From: a virus
Lineage: Duplodnaviria; Heunggongvirae; Uroviricota; Caudoviricetes
Virus record (IMG/VR): IMGVR_UViG_3300049571_000258
Location: 70,186 to 134,185 of that record
Reading direction: 5' to 3' (one strand)
DNA length: 64,000 nt
Shown: piece after piece, positions 16,969-25,739 of the stretch
How positions within the stretch are numbered: position 1 is the stretch's first letter
Layout: every line of letters starts with the position of its first letter
Notes under the pieces: generated by a model
Seen by the model: the letters and a program-made list of their open reading frames with translations, nothing else
Told to the model about the DNA's origin: nothing
Databases searched by the model: none
Translations under genes and position numbers: made by a program

Positions 16969-18735
16969 ATGTCGTACCTACACCAGGTCAGCACACGCCG
17001 CACGCCGCAGCGTGAGCGCATCCCGGGGCGCACCGACCAGGTGCAGAACTCCGAGGGCGGCTTCGTCTGGGCGGTCGACAAGTGGACGCGCCTGGAGCGC
17101 TTCCTGATCCTCGGCGCGGAGGGCGGCACCTACTACATCGGCGAGGCCGACCTGACGAAGCAGAACGTCGGCGTGCTCGACGACTGCCTGACGGACGACC
17201 CGGCGCGCACGGTCTCCACGATCGTCGCCGTGTCGGCTGCTGGGCGCAACGCGAAGCAGGAGCCGGTCGTCTTCGCCCTGGCGTACGCCGCCGGGTTCCG
17301 CACCGAGGCCGCTCGTCAGGCGGCGCTGCGCGCGCTGCCTGACGTTGTGCGCACCGGCTCGCACATGGGCCTGTTCCTGTCCTACGTGCAGAACTTCCGC
17401 GGCTGGGGCCGCTCGCTGCGCCGCGCCGTCGGCCAGTGGTACGTCTCGCGCGACCGCATCACGGTCGACGAGGAGACCGGCGAGGCGGTCGTCGCCGAGC
17501 GCGCCGTCGACCGGGTCGCCTTCCAGATGGTCAAGTACCGCTCGCGCTACGGGTTCTCGCAGCGCGACGCCCTGCGCAAGGCGCACCCGGCCAACCGGGT
17601 GTCGTCGCGCAACCCGACGGTCGAGGGCCTGACGGAGGACCACGAGCGGCTGTACAACTGGGTCGTCAACGGTGGGGCCGACGAGCGTCTGCCGCAGGTC
17701 GTGCACGCCTTCGAGGCGGCGCAGGCGTCCGAGTCGCCTGCGCAGACGGCGAAGCTGATCGAGCGCTACGGCAACCTGCTGACGCGCGAGATGCTGCACA
17801 CCGAGCACCTGACCGACCGGGACGTCAACCGCGCCCTGGTCGAGGCAGGCATGCCGATGGGCGCGCTCGTGCGCAACCTGGCCAATCTGACGCGCTACGG
17901 CGTCTTCGAGGACCGCGCCTACGTCAAGCAGGTCGTCGCACAGCTGACCAACCCGGACGCGGTGCGCCGGTCGCGCCTGCACCCGTACGCGGTGCTGACG
18001 GCGCTGTGCACGTACGCGGCGGGCTACTCGATGACCAACCCCGAGCAGCGCTGGAACCCGGTCGCGCAGATCGTGGACGCGCTCGACGCAGCGTTCTACC
18101 TGTCGTTCGGCAACGCCGAGCCGACGGGGAAGCGCATCCGCCTGGCGCTGGACGTGTCCGGCTCGATGGGCCACCCGATCATCACCGGCTACCGCAAGGG
18201 CCGCTACGGCATGGAGGCGGTCCCGTCAGCCGTGTCGTGCGCGGCGGGCGCGGGGGCGATGGCGCTCGTGACGGCGAACATCGAGGACGACTACGACATC
18301 GTCGCGTTCTCGGACGGCCAGACCGGCGGCAGGTACATCGGCGGGTCGTGGGGCTACAACGGGGACGCGTCGGGCGCGGTGCTGGCACCGTGCACGATCT
18401 CGCCGCGCCAGCGTCTCGACGACGTCGTCGGGCAGATGAACCGGCTGAACTTCGGGCGCACCGACTGCGCGCTACCGATCCTGGACGCGGCGCAGCGAGG
18501 CCTGGAGTTCGACGCGTTCGTGGTCTACACCGACAACGAGACGTGGTTCGGCAAGGTCCACCCGACGCAGGCGCTCGCGGAGTACCGCCAGAAGACCGGG
18601 ATCCCGGCGAAGCTGGTCGTCGTGTCGATGGAGGCCAACCAGTTCTCGATCGCTCACCCCGACGACCCGGGCATGCTCGACGTCGTCGGGTTCGACCCGG
18701 CTGCCCCGGCGGTGATCGCGGACTTCCTGCGATGA
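16969..18735 (+). CDS. rsr: Ro60 ortholog Rsr (TROVE domain plus C-terminal vWA/MIDAS domain)
   Basis: SEGGFVWAVDKWTRLERFLILGAEGGTYYI and GRNAKQEPVVFALAY match the Ro60 N-terminal signature (human [29 protein letters not shown] / GRTTKQEPMLFALAI); C-terminal LALDVSGSM...T...D MIDAS motif. Confidence 0.9.
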   Translation: MSYLHQVSTRRTPQRERIPGRTDQVQNSEGGFVWAVDKWTRLERFLILGAEGGTYYIGEADLTKQNVGVLDDCLTDDPARTVSTIVAVSAAGRNAKQEPVVFALAYAAGFRTEAARQAALRALPDVVRTGSHMGLFLSYVQNFRGWGRSLRRAVGQWYVSRDRITVDEETGEAVVAERAVDRVAFQMVKYRSRYGFSQRDALRKAHPANRVSSRNPTVEGLTEDHERLYNWVVNGGADERLPQVVHAFEAAQASESPAQTAKLIERYGNLLTREMLHTEHLTDRDVNRALVEAGMPMGALVRNLANLTRYGVFEDRAYVKQVVAQLTNPDAVRRSRLHPYAVLTALCTYAAGYSMTNPEQRWNPVAQIVDALDAAFYLSFGNAEPTGKRIRLALDVSGSMGHPIITGYRKGRYGMEAVPSAVSCAAGAGAMALVTANIEDDYDIVAFSDGQTGGRYIGGSWGYNGDASGAVLAPCTISPRQRLDDVVGQMNRLNFGRTDCALPILDAAQRGLEFDAFVVYTDNETWFGKVHPTQALAEYRQKTGIPAKLVVVSMEANQFSIAHPDDPGMLDVVGFDPAAPAVIADFLR

Positions 18736-18860
18736 CCTCGCTGCGCCACATCATCATCTGTCGCCTGCGCGGCTTCGGGACTCGTCCGTGTCGATGCTGG
18801 ATCTGCGCCGGTACGGACGAGCCGGGCACGGTCTGCGATCGCTGCGGGGTGATCCTGTGA
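18732..18860 (+). CDS. small zinc-ribbon protein (42 aa)
   Basis: ATG overlaps the rsr stop; CRLRGFGTRPCRCWICAG...CDRCG. Confidence 0.35.
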   Translation: MTSLRHIIICRLRGFGTRPCRCWICAGTDEPGTVCDRCGVIL

Positions 18861-19102
18861 GCGGGCCGCAGAACGTCGAGCAGCAGCCTGGTGAGTCCGA
18901 GGTCGAGTTCAGCGCGCGTCGCGCGAAGGCGCACGGCGCGATGCTCGAAGCCCTGCACGCCGATGACCGCCCGGCGAAGGAGAAGCGCCTGGAGGCGCTG
19001 AGCCGGGCGGTCGCGGTGTGGGGCGACGCCGCACCCGAGCCGCCGTACAAGGCCCCGCCGCTGCGCCGCAAGCGCAAGGCCAAGCGCACCCGCAAGAAGT
19101 GA
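18857..19102 (+). CDS. small basic hypothetical protein
   Basis: GTG in a GTGA overlap; Lys/Arg-rich C-terminus. Confidence 0.4.
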   Translation: MSGPQNVEQQPGESEVEFSARRAKAHGAMLEALHADDRPAKEKRLEALSRAVAVWGDAAPEPPYKAPPLRRKRKAKRTRKK

Positions 19103-19653
19103 CCCCTGAGGTGGTCATCTGGACCGACGGCTCGTGCCCGAAGCCGGACGGTCCCGGCGGGTGGGCGGCGATCCTTCAGCGGCGCAGCGCCGACGGTGAG
19201 GTGTTGGCCGAGCGCGAGATCACCGGCGGCTCGTCGCGCACGACGAACAACCGTGCCGAGTTGATGGCGGTGATCGTCGGCCTGGAGGCGCTGAAGCGCC
19301 CATGTCGCGTGAGGATCGTCATCGACTCGCAGTACGTGATGCACGGCTTCACGCGCGGCTGGGTCCAGCAGTGGAAGCGCAACGGCTGGCGCACGAAGGG
19401 TGAGGCGAACCTGCTGACGCACGCAGGGGACCCGACGAACGTGGTGAAGAACCGCGACCTGTGGGAGCGCCTGGACGCGCTCGTGGCTGAGCATCAGGTC
19501 GAGTGGCATCACGTGAAGGGGCACCTGAAGCCGTCGCATGCCGACTGGACGGAGTGGCACGCCAACAACATCCGCTGCGACGAGCTAGCCGGTGCCGAGA
19601 CGAAGCGCATCAAGGAGGCGCTGACCTTGGTCGAAGCACAAGCTGTGTGCTAG
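19099..19653 (+). CDS. rnhA: ribonuclease HI
   Basis: IWTDGSC...GGWAA...TNNRAELMAV...HHVKGH...N..DELA, the canonical RNase H1 catalytic motifs; GTG in a GTGA overlap. Confidence 0.85.
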   Translation: MTPEVVIWTDGSCPKPDGPGGWAAILQRRSADGEVLAEREITGGSSRTTNNRAELMAVIVGLEALKRPCRVRIVIDSQYVMHGFTRGWVQQWKRNGWRTKGEANLLTHAGDPTNVVKNRDLWERLDALVAEHQVEWHHVKGHLKPSHADWTEWHANNIRCDELAGAETKRIKEALTLVEAQAVC

Positions 19654-19656
19654 GGT
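19636..19656 (+). promoter_or_regulatory. promoter/operator: gcacaagctgtgtgc + TAGGGT
   Basis: Palindrome plus -10 motif overlapping the end of rnhA; SD ggaggtagg and ATG 19684 downstream. Confidence 0.45.
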
Positions 19657-19683
19657 CTGGCGTCCAACGACCGGAGGTAGGAG

Positions 19684-20091
19684 ATGTCTGAGGAGCAGCA
19701 GGTCGAGGTCGAGGTGGAGGAGCCTGCGGGGGCCTACGGCACGGAGGAGGCGGTGAGCACCCGCACGCTGCTGGTCAACCGCACCGGTGGCGAGCCGTTC
19801 GTCATCGAGATCCCGAAGAAGTGGCGCGTGACGTTCGCCGCGGTGAACCCAGCCGCCACGCAGGGCTATCGCGAGGGCCACTGTCTGCGCGTGTACGCCG
19901 GATCGAAGCTCGTCGCGGTCTACAGCAACGTCACCGAGTTCCGCGACTTGGCGATCCCGTACGCGCGCAAGGTCTCCTCGGAGACGGGCAACGCGGAGTG
20001 GAAGCGCGACTCGAACGGCACGTTCACCGAGAAGCGCTCGGTCAGCGTCGAGACGGCGTTCCTGCCCGAGGACACGGAGACGCCGTTCTGA
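19684..20091 (+). CDS. hypothetical protein (135 aa, acidic N-terminus)
   Basis: ORF track; SD ggaggtaggag. Confidence 0.6.
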   Translation: MSEEQQVEVEVEEPAGAYGTEEAVSTRTLLVNRTGGEPFVIEIPKKWRVTFAAVNPAATQGYREGHCLRVYAGSKLVAVYSNVTEFRDLAIPYARKVSSETGNAEWKRDSNGTFTEKRSVSVETAFLPEDTETPF

Positions 20092-20765
20092 TGTTCGAGC
20101 GATTCACGACGCGCGCCCGGATGGTGGTCACCCTCGCGCAGCAGGAGGCGTGGGAGTGCAGCCACGACTACATCGGGACCGAGCACGTCCTGCTCGGCCT
20201 ACTGCGCGAGGAGGACGGCGTCGCCGCACAGGTTCTTACCGGTCTCGGCGTCACCGTCGAGGAGGCGCGCAGGCGCATGGAGCAAGTGGTCGGCAAGGGC
20301 GCGCAGTCGCCCCCGTACCGCACTCCCCCCTTCACGCCGCGCACGAAGACGGTCTTCGACCTGTCGCTGCGCGAGGCCCTGAGCCTCGGCCACAACTACA
20401 TCGGCACCGAGCACCTGCTGCTCGGGATCCTCCGCGAGGGCCAGGGGCTGGGCTGCCGGATCCTCCGCGACATCGCCGGAGACGACCTCGATGGCGTGCG
20501 CACGGAGATCGCGCGCCGGGTCTCTCCTGGCCAGCCACAGACACACATCGTGGTGCCGGTGTTCTCTGGCAACCAGATGCCTCCCGGCGGCAACAAGTTC
20601 TTCACCATCCGCACGACCAACACCGATCCGGCGAAGATCGTCGAGATCGCGATCGGAACGGCCTACCAGGCGGTCCCCCGCTTCTTCGTGATCGACGTCA
20701 AGTCGGGGACGTGTGTGACGGTGGTCCGCAAGCCGTCGGTCCTCGTCGTCGAGGAGGCGGCATGA
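20091..20765 (+). CDS. protein made of a double Clp N-terminal (Clp_N) repeat
   Basis: Two repeats of F(T/R)xRA..V..LAQ.EA......YIGTEH(V/L)LLG(L/I)LRE..G.(A/G), the ClpA/B/C N-domain signature; ATG in a TGATG overlap. Confidence 0.75.
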   Translation: MFERFTTRARMVVTLAQQEAWECSHDYIGTEHVLLGLLREEDGVAAQVLTGLGVTVEEARRRMEQVVGKGAQSPPYRTPPFTPRTKTVFDLSLREALSLGHNYIGTEHLLLGILREGQGLGCRILRDIAGDDLDGVRTEIARRVSPGQPQTHIVVPVFSGNQMPPGGNKFFTIRTTNTDPAKIVEIAIGTAYQAVPRFFVIDVKSGTCVTVVRKPSVLVVEEAA

Positions 20766-21058
20766 GCCTCCCGCCGAGCCTGAAGCGCGGGTCGGCGCGC
20801 TCGACGGCAAACCGCGAGTCGGCGCTGCTGGACAACTTCGAGATGGTCCGCGAGATCGAGGCCGGGTGCCTGTCTAACCCGTCGGCCTACGACCTGATCG
20901 ACTCGGCGAAGAAGCTGGGGATGGAGGCCCACACCCTCGCCGCAGACGCGGAGGCCAACAAGCGCGTGTGGGCGATCCAGAACGGCGACGTCGTCGTGGC
21001 GATCCTCGTCTCGGTCGGCGGGTGCAACGACCTGTACCCGTCGGAGAACGCCTGGTGA
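20762..21058 (+). CDS. hypothetical protein (98 aa)
   Basis: ATG overlaps the previous stop; good GC3. Confidence 0.45.
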   Translation: MSLPPSLKRGSARSTANRESALLDNFEMVREIEAGCLSNPSAYDLIDSAKKLGMEAHTLAADAEANKRVWAIQNGDVVVAILVSVGGCNDLYPSENAW

Positions 21059-21270
21059 GTCGCCTCGCCTCGAACCTGCTGAGGGCGGCGTCGCATTGGC
21101 GCTTCCTGGCCGAGCACGACGACGAGGACGTGCACGTGCTTCCCCTCACGCACACAGAGGCGCGGCGCCTGCGTGCCTTCCTGCACGCCCACACTTCGCC
21201 GAGCGACACCGGCTCGGCCCTACGACGAATCTACAACCGGCTGGAGGAGATGTGCGGATCCAAGACCTGA
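21055..21270 (+). CDS. hypothetical protein (71 aa)
   Basis: GTG in a GTGA overlap; in frame with ORF 20968..21270. Confidence 0.4.
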   Translation: MSRLASNLLRAASHWRFLAEHDDEDVHVLPLTHTEARRLRAFLHAHTSPSDTGSALRRIYNRLEEMCGSKT

Positions 21271-21434
21271 TAGGCAAGTCGATCGCCGACATCAGGCTCA
21301 ACGAGGAGGAGGTGGAGTTCGTCTTCCGCGAGGCGGGCAAGCGCGACATCATCCTTCAGGTCGAGGCCGACATCAGTCCCTGGCCGCTCGACGACCCACG
21401 CCTGGTCGTCCGGCTCGACGGCCTGGCGATCTAG
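21252..21434 (+). CDS. hypothetical protein (60 aa)
   Basis: GTG start in frame with ORF 21096..21434; good GC3. Confidence 0.4.
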   Translation: MRIQDLIGKSIADIRLNEEEVEFVFREAGKRDIILQVEADISPWPLDDPRLVVRLDGLAI

Positions 21435-21435
21435 G

Positions 21436-21612
21436 TGGGCAACATCATCATCTGTCCGTGCGGGAGGCCATGGGTCTTCGACCCCTACAACGGGAGGGTT
21501 CGATGCCCAACGTGCGGATGTGCGCCAACGGGAGGTAGGAAGGGTGAGCAAGCCACACGAGTTGTCGGTCCGCCGCGTGCTTCGCGGCGCGCTGGCGAAG
21601 ATCCAAGATGAC
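21436..21612 (+). CDS. small zinc-ribbon protein; the 3' half overlaps the next gene in another frame
   Basis: CPCG...CPTCGC; no earlier stop; true extent uncertain. Confidence 0.3.
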
Positions 21613-21930
21613 GGGTGGACGCAGTACGAGTTGATCGACGCCGACGGCCAGGTGTGCGTCAACGGCGCGCTACTGGTCGGCCTGTACGGCGACCTGCCGA
21701 CGGGCAGGCGGGCTGAGTGGCCGAAGCCGGGCACGACCAACGCCGAGATCCTGACGGAGGCCGCGCTCCGCGTCTCCGACGCCGTCGGCGACACGTGGGT
21801 TCGCGCGCGGCACGATCGCCAGATGCACCTGTCGACGTTCCACCTGGCGCAGTGGAATAACAACCCGGAGCGCACACGCGAGGACGTTGAGGGCGCGCTG
21901 ACGGCTGCCCTTGATGTCCGGGGCGCCTGA
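21544..21930 (+). CDS. member of the small paralog family GWxQ...C..GAL...WN(N/D)
   Basis: SD gggaggtagg plus GTG; RGALAKIQDDGWTQYEL.DADGQVCVNGAL...AQWNNNPERTREDV, alignable to the 61371-63808 array. Confidence 0.55.
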   Translation: MSKPHELSVRRVLRGALAKIQDDGWTQYELIDADGQVCVNGALLVGLYGDLPTGRRAEWPKPGTTNAEILTEAALRVSDAVGDTWVRARHDRQMHLSTFHLAQWNNNPERTREDVEGALTAALDVRGA

Positions 21931-21964
21931 GAAGGTCTGACGGAACGAGACCTGGAGGTAGGTC

Positions 21965-22426
21965 ATGAGCAAGAAGTTGATCGTGCTGCGCGGGGCGCGC
22001 GCCCTACTGGACGACCCGGAGCGTTGGACTTGCGGCGCCCTCGGCCGCGATGACGGGTTCTCGCGCTCCTACTGCCTGATGGGCGCGCTGTGGAGTTCGT
22101 CGGGCGCCGACGTTGGGCGCTGGCTCGGTGGCGCCACGCTCACCGTCCGAGGGGGGGACTACTCGCGCTTCAAGCACATCGTGCATGCTGCGTCCGATGA
22201 GATCGAGCGCACCCTGATGTACCGCGGCGATCCCGGCATGTCGGTTGCGCAGTTCAACGACAGCCACGCGACACACCGCAAGGTGCTCGAAGTCCTCGAC
22301 GAGACGATCGCGCGCGTGGAGCGCGACGAGCGCGAGTTGGAGGAGGTCGACGTCGAGGAGGAGATCGAGGAGGCACGCGAGATCGACGAGGACGTCGAGA
22401 TCGTGCGCGAGGGGGCGGTGTCGTGA
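21965..22426 (+). CDS. member of the same small paralog family, with acidic C-terminal tail
   Basis: LRGARALLDDPERWTCGALGRDDG...YCLMGAL...AQFNDSHATHRKVLEVLDETIARVE. Confidence 0.55.
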   Translation: MSKKLIVLRGARALLDDPERWTCGALGRDDGFSRSYCLMGALWSSSGADVGRWLGGATLTVRGGDYSRFKHIVHAASDEIERTLMYRGDPGMSVAQFNDSHATHRKVLEVLDETIARVERDERELEEVDVEEEIEEAREIDEDVEIVREGAVS

Positions 22427-22986
22427 GGCGCGCGCTCGTGATCGTGGACGTGCAGCGCGACTTCTACTCCCCGGAGGGCGCGCTCTACGTCCCCGAGGGC
22501 TACCAGATCATCCCGGAGATCCAGCGCCTGGCGGCCGAGGGCGACTACGACGTCGTCGTCACCACGCAGGACTGGCACCCGCCGGAGGCCGACCACTTCG
22601 AGAAGTGGCCGGTGCACTGCGTCGCGGGGACGCCCGGCGCGCAACTGCACCCGGTCGTCCAGGCGTTCAACGTCCCGGCGTTCTACAAGGGGGTCGCCGG
22701 GGATGACGCCTACTCCGGCTTCGACGCGATCAACGACGACGGCGAGACGCTGGGCGACTTCCTGATCGAGCGCGGCGTTACACACGTCGACATCGTCGGC
22801 CTGGCGCTCGACTACTGCGTGGTGGAGACCGCCCTGGACTCCGCGACGCACTTCCGCACGACGGTGATGCACGAGGCGGTCCGGCCGGTCAACTGGGGCA
22901 CTGGGCGGGCGGCGATCGACCGCCTGGACGCCGGTGGTGTCTGCTACAAGATCCAGCGCCAGTGGGCGACAACCGCAGCGAGCTAG
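22423..22986 (+). CDS. pncA: nicotinamidase / isochorismatase-family hydrolase (PncA-like)
   Basis: ALVIVDVQRDF...DWHP.EADHF..WPVHCV.GTPGA..H...YSGF...GETL..FL...GVTHVDIVGLALDYCV, the PncA catalytic Asp/Lys/Cys pattern. Confidence 0.8.
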   Translation: MRRALVIVDVQRDFYSPEGALYVPEGYQIIPEIQRLAAEGDYDVVVTTQDWHPPEADHFEKWPVHCVAGTPGAQLHPVVQAFNVPAFYKGVAGDDAYSGFDAINDDGETLGDFLIERGVTHVDIVGLALDYCVVETALDSATHFRTTVMHEAVRPVNWGTGRAAIDRLDAGGVCYKIQRQWATTAAS

Positions 22987-23180
22987 CCCGCCTGGCGCAC
23001 ATCGCGGCCGGGATGACCGACGCCGTCGGTCTGCGCGACATCGCGCGGATGATGCGCGACCAGGCGACCCTGCATCGAGAGCAGGCGCGCAAGTACGAGA
23101 GGTACGCGGAGACGTACGAACAGCGGGCGGCCGAGGCGGCGCGCGATGCGCAGCCGCGACTGCCAGGGGCCGAAGGGTGA
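22962..23180 (+). CDS. hypothetical protein (72 aa)
   Basis: GTG start overlapping the pncA 3' end; helical, charged. Confidence 0.4.
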   Translation: MGDNRSELARLAHIAAGMTDAVGLRDIARMMRDQATLHREQARKYERYAETYEQRAAEAARDAQPRLPGAEG

Positions 23181-23201
23181 ATCGACCAGGAGGTAGCACC
23201 G

Positions 23202-23309
23202 ATGTTCTCCGCTGAGCAGGGGATGTCCTGGCCAGACGCGCTCGTCACGGTCGCGTTTCTCGCGCTTGTGGCGTTCGTGATCTGGGCCACGTTCGTGAGG
23301 GGGAAGTGA
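23202..23309 (+). CDS. small membrane peptide (35 aa)
   Basis: SD caggaggtag; TM segment LVTVAFLALVAFVIWATFV. Confidence 0.35.
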   Translation: MFSAEQGMSWPDALVTVAFLALVAFVIWATFVRGK

Positions 23310-23701
23310 TGCTGCGAAGGTTCAGGTCGGCGATCACCGGTCGGTTCGTGTCCAAGGGGGAGGCCTCGGCCTCTCCCGGCACGACGGTGTCGGAGGAGGT
23401 GAAGGTCGACGAGTTGGTCGACTTCCTGTCGAACTTCGTCTTCATCTACCCCGACCTCAGCGACACCTTCTCTTACGCCACGGCGGACGTGGAGAAGATC
23501 TACTTGGACGACTGGGAGGACCCCGACGTCGAGTGGACGAACATGCGCATGCTCGTGCGCATGTACCGCAAGCACGGCCGGGCGGGCATCCTCGCCTACG
23601 TCGGCCGCATGCGCAACGCCGACCCGATCCCGCCCTTGTGCACGGACGCCTACTATGCCGCGAAGGCGGACTTGGGCGCCTGGGCCTACGACCTGGGATA
23701 G
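23306..23701 (+). CDS. hypothetical protein (131 aa)
   Basis: ORF track; GTG/ATG start overlapping the previous stop. Confidence 0.5.
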   Translation: MMLRRFRSAITGRFVSKGEASASPGTTVSEEVKVDELVDFLSNFVFIYPDLSDTFSYATADVEKIYLDDWEDPDVEWTNMRMLVRMYRKHGRAGILAYVGRMRNADPIPPLCTDAYYAAKADLGAWAYDLG

Positions 23702-23761
23702 TTCCGTCCGGCGCACCTGAGAGGGTCTGCGCCGTTCAACGATCGAGGTAGGAGGCAACCC

Positions 23762-24118
23762 ATGGCGCGGGCCAGCGCGAGGGTTCCGGTTCACACACTG
23801 ACGTCCTACGAGCACGACGCAGTCGCGCTCTCGGAGTCAACGCTCCTCTCGCACCTTCTCGGTCTCGGTGGCGAGGCCGGGGAGGTGCAGGAGATCTTCA
23901 AGAAGCTGATGCGCAACGACGGGTGGCGCGAGGGCGACCCGATCCCGGAGGAGCGGCGGCAGAGGATCAAGCTGGAGTTGGGCGACCTGCTCTGGTACCT
24001 GGCCGCCGTCGGCCACCTGTGCGGCTTCTCGCTGGAGGAGATCGCGAACGCGAACCTCGACAAGCTCTACGCGCGGCGGGCGGAGGGCACGATCGCCGCC
24101 TACCGGGAGGACCGATGA
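23762..24118 (+). CDS. MazG-like nucleotide pyrophosphohydrolase
   Basis: GEAGEV.EI.KK......E...ELGDLLWYLA...L.G.SLEE....NL.KL, the MazG EExxE/D signature helices. Confidence 0.75.
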   Translation: MARASARVPVHTLTSYEHDAVALSESTLLSHLLGLGGEAGEVQEIFKKLMRNDGWREGDPIPEERRQRIKLELGDLLWYLAAVGHLCGFSLEEIANANLDKLYARRAEGTIAAYREDR

Positions 24119-24339
24119 TTGCACCGGCGATCGCGCGCGGCACGCTGTGGCGCGACGAAGGCTTCGGCGACGAGGACGTCGTCTTCGAGGTCGAGGCTGA
24201 CAACGGCCTGATCCATTTGCACGCGACGGTGGTCGGCAGGGAGAACGACGTTGTCACCTTCACGTTCCCCTGGCCCCAGGCGGCCGAGATGATGGCCCTG
24301 CGTCTACTGCGCGAGGCGTACCGCGGAGGCGAGGATTAG
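24115..24339 (+). CDS. hypothetical protein (74 aa)
   Basis: ATG in an ATGA overlap; good GC3. Confidence 0.45.
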   Translation: MIAPAIARGTLWRDEGFGDEDVVFEVEADNGLIHLHATVVGRENDVVTFTFPWPQAAEMMALRLLREAYRGGED

Positions 24340-24701
24340 TGCCGCATCCCGTAGTCACGACCTGCGTGAACGGCCATGTGATCGCCGAGGTCGGGCGCTA
24401 TCGCTCCGATCGGGACAGGTATGGCCCCTGCAAGGCGTGCAATCGGGAAGCTGTCCGCAAGCATCGCCGTCGTCGCGCCGACTACGTGCGCGCCCTGAAG
24501 CTAGAGCGGGGCTGCATGCGGTGTGGTTACGCGCGGTCTGCTGCGGCGCTCGATTTTCACCACCGCGATCCGTCGCTCAAGAAGTTCTCGATCAGCCAGG
24601 CGATCACGCGCCCGTGGGACGCGGTGCTCTCGGAGATCGAAAAGTGCGATGTCATTTGCCGTAACTGCCACGCCGAACTCCACGAAGGGGAGGATCGATG
24701 A
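24339..24701 (+). CDS. HNH-type zinc-finger nuclease-like protein
   Basis: C..GH...C..C...H..RC.YC...LDFHH.D...K....CRNCHAELH. Confidence 0.55.
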   Translation: MPHPVVTTCVNGHVIAEVGRYRSDRDRYGPCKACNREAVRKHRRRRADYVRALKLERGCMRCGYARSAAALDFHHRDPSLKKFSISQAITRPWDAVLSEIEKCDVICRNCHAELHEGEDR

Positions 24702-25483
24702 AGGTCTATGTCGCTGGCCCCATGTCGCATGTTCCACGTTTCAACTTCCCCGCCTTCGACGCCGCTGCGGCGGACCTGCGCGCGCGCGGCTACGACGTCG
24801 TCTCCCCGGCGGAGATCGACGACCCCGAGATCCGTGAGATGGCGCTCGCGTCGCCAGATGGCAACCCGACGGGCACGCGCGGCACGTGGGGCGACTTCCT
24901 CGCGCGCGACGTGAAGCTGATCGCCGACTCGGGTGTGGAGGCGGTCGTCGTGCTGCCGGGCTGGGATGGGTCGAAGGGCGCGCGCCTGGAGACGTTCATC
25001 GCGAAGCTGACGCAGCTGGGCGTCTACCACTACGGCCCGGACGACCCGTTGGCCGAGGTGCCCTACCGTGACCTCGTCAACGCGTGGGCCGAGGGCGAGC
25101 AGGTTCCCGCGGTCGACATGGGCGAGGTCCGGGTCGTCAACGAGAAGACCGGCGGGGCGAAGGGCCAGAAGATGATCCGCTGGTCGCTCGTGCCCGACGA
25201 GCAGATGGCGAAGGTCGCGCAGCTGTACGCCGTCGGCGCGATGAAGTACGCCGCACATAACTGGCGCAAAGGCTACGACTGGAGCCTGTCCTACGACGCG
25301 CTCCGGCGTCACCTGAGCGCGTTCTGGAACAACGGCGAGTCGCTGGACACCGAGCACGCCGACGGCATGACGACGCATCACCTCGCCGCGGTGATCTTCC
25401 ACGCGCTGGCGTTGATGCACTTCGAGGACCACTACCCGGAGGGCGACGACCGTCCGAAGCCGGGCCTGAATACGGAGGGCTGA
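24698..25483 (+). CDS. DUF4406-like (nucleoside 2-deoxyribosyltransferase-like) domain fused to a C-terminal domain resembling the N-terminal domain of dATP/dGTP diphosphohydrolases
   Basis: N-terminus MKVYVAGPMS..P.FNFP.F......L...GY.V.SPAE...LPGW..S.GA..E (DUF4406 pattern); C-terminus KYAAHNWRKG...THHLAAV.FHALALMHF. The C-terminal assignment is tentative. Confidence 0.6.
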   Translation: MKVYVAGPMSHVPRFNFPAFDAAAADLRARGYDVVSPAEIDDPEIREMALASPDGNPTGTRGTWGDFLARDVKLIADSGVEAVVVLPGWDGSKGARLETFIAKLTQLGVYHYGPDDPLAEVPYRDLVNAWAEGEQVPAVDMGEVRVVNEKTGGAKGQKMIRWSLVPDEQMAKVAQLYAVGAMKYAAHNWRKGYDWSLSYDALRRHLSAFWNNGESLDTEHADGMTTHHLAAVIFHALALMHFEDHYPEGDDRPKPGLNTEG

Positions 25484-25484
25484 G

Positions 25485-25739
25485 ATGATCAGGACATACC
25501 GCAAGAAGCCGGTCGTGATCCAGGCGGTGCAGTTCACCGGCACCAACGACGCGGAGGTGTTGGCGTTCACCGGCGATCACGCGTTCGATCCGCGCGACAA
25601 CCGACCGACGATCGTTGTGCGCGCACTGGGGGGCGACGTGACGGCGGAGGTCGGCGACTTCATCATCAAGGGGGTCGAGGGCGAGTTCTACCCGTGCAAG
25701 GCAGACGTCTTCTCCCGCACGTATGAGGCGGCGTCGTGA
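25485..25739 (+). CDS. hypothetical protein (84 aa)
   Basis: ORF track; ATG overlaps the previous stop. Confidence 0.5.
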   Translation: MIRTYRKKPVVIQAVQFTGTNDAEVLAFTGDHAFDPRDNRPTIVVRALGGDVTAEVGDFIIKGVEGEFYPCKADVFSRTYEAAS

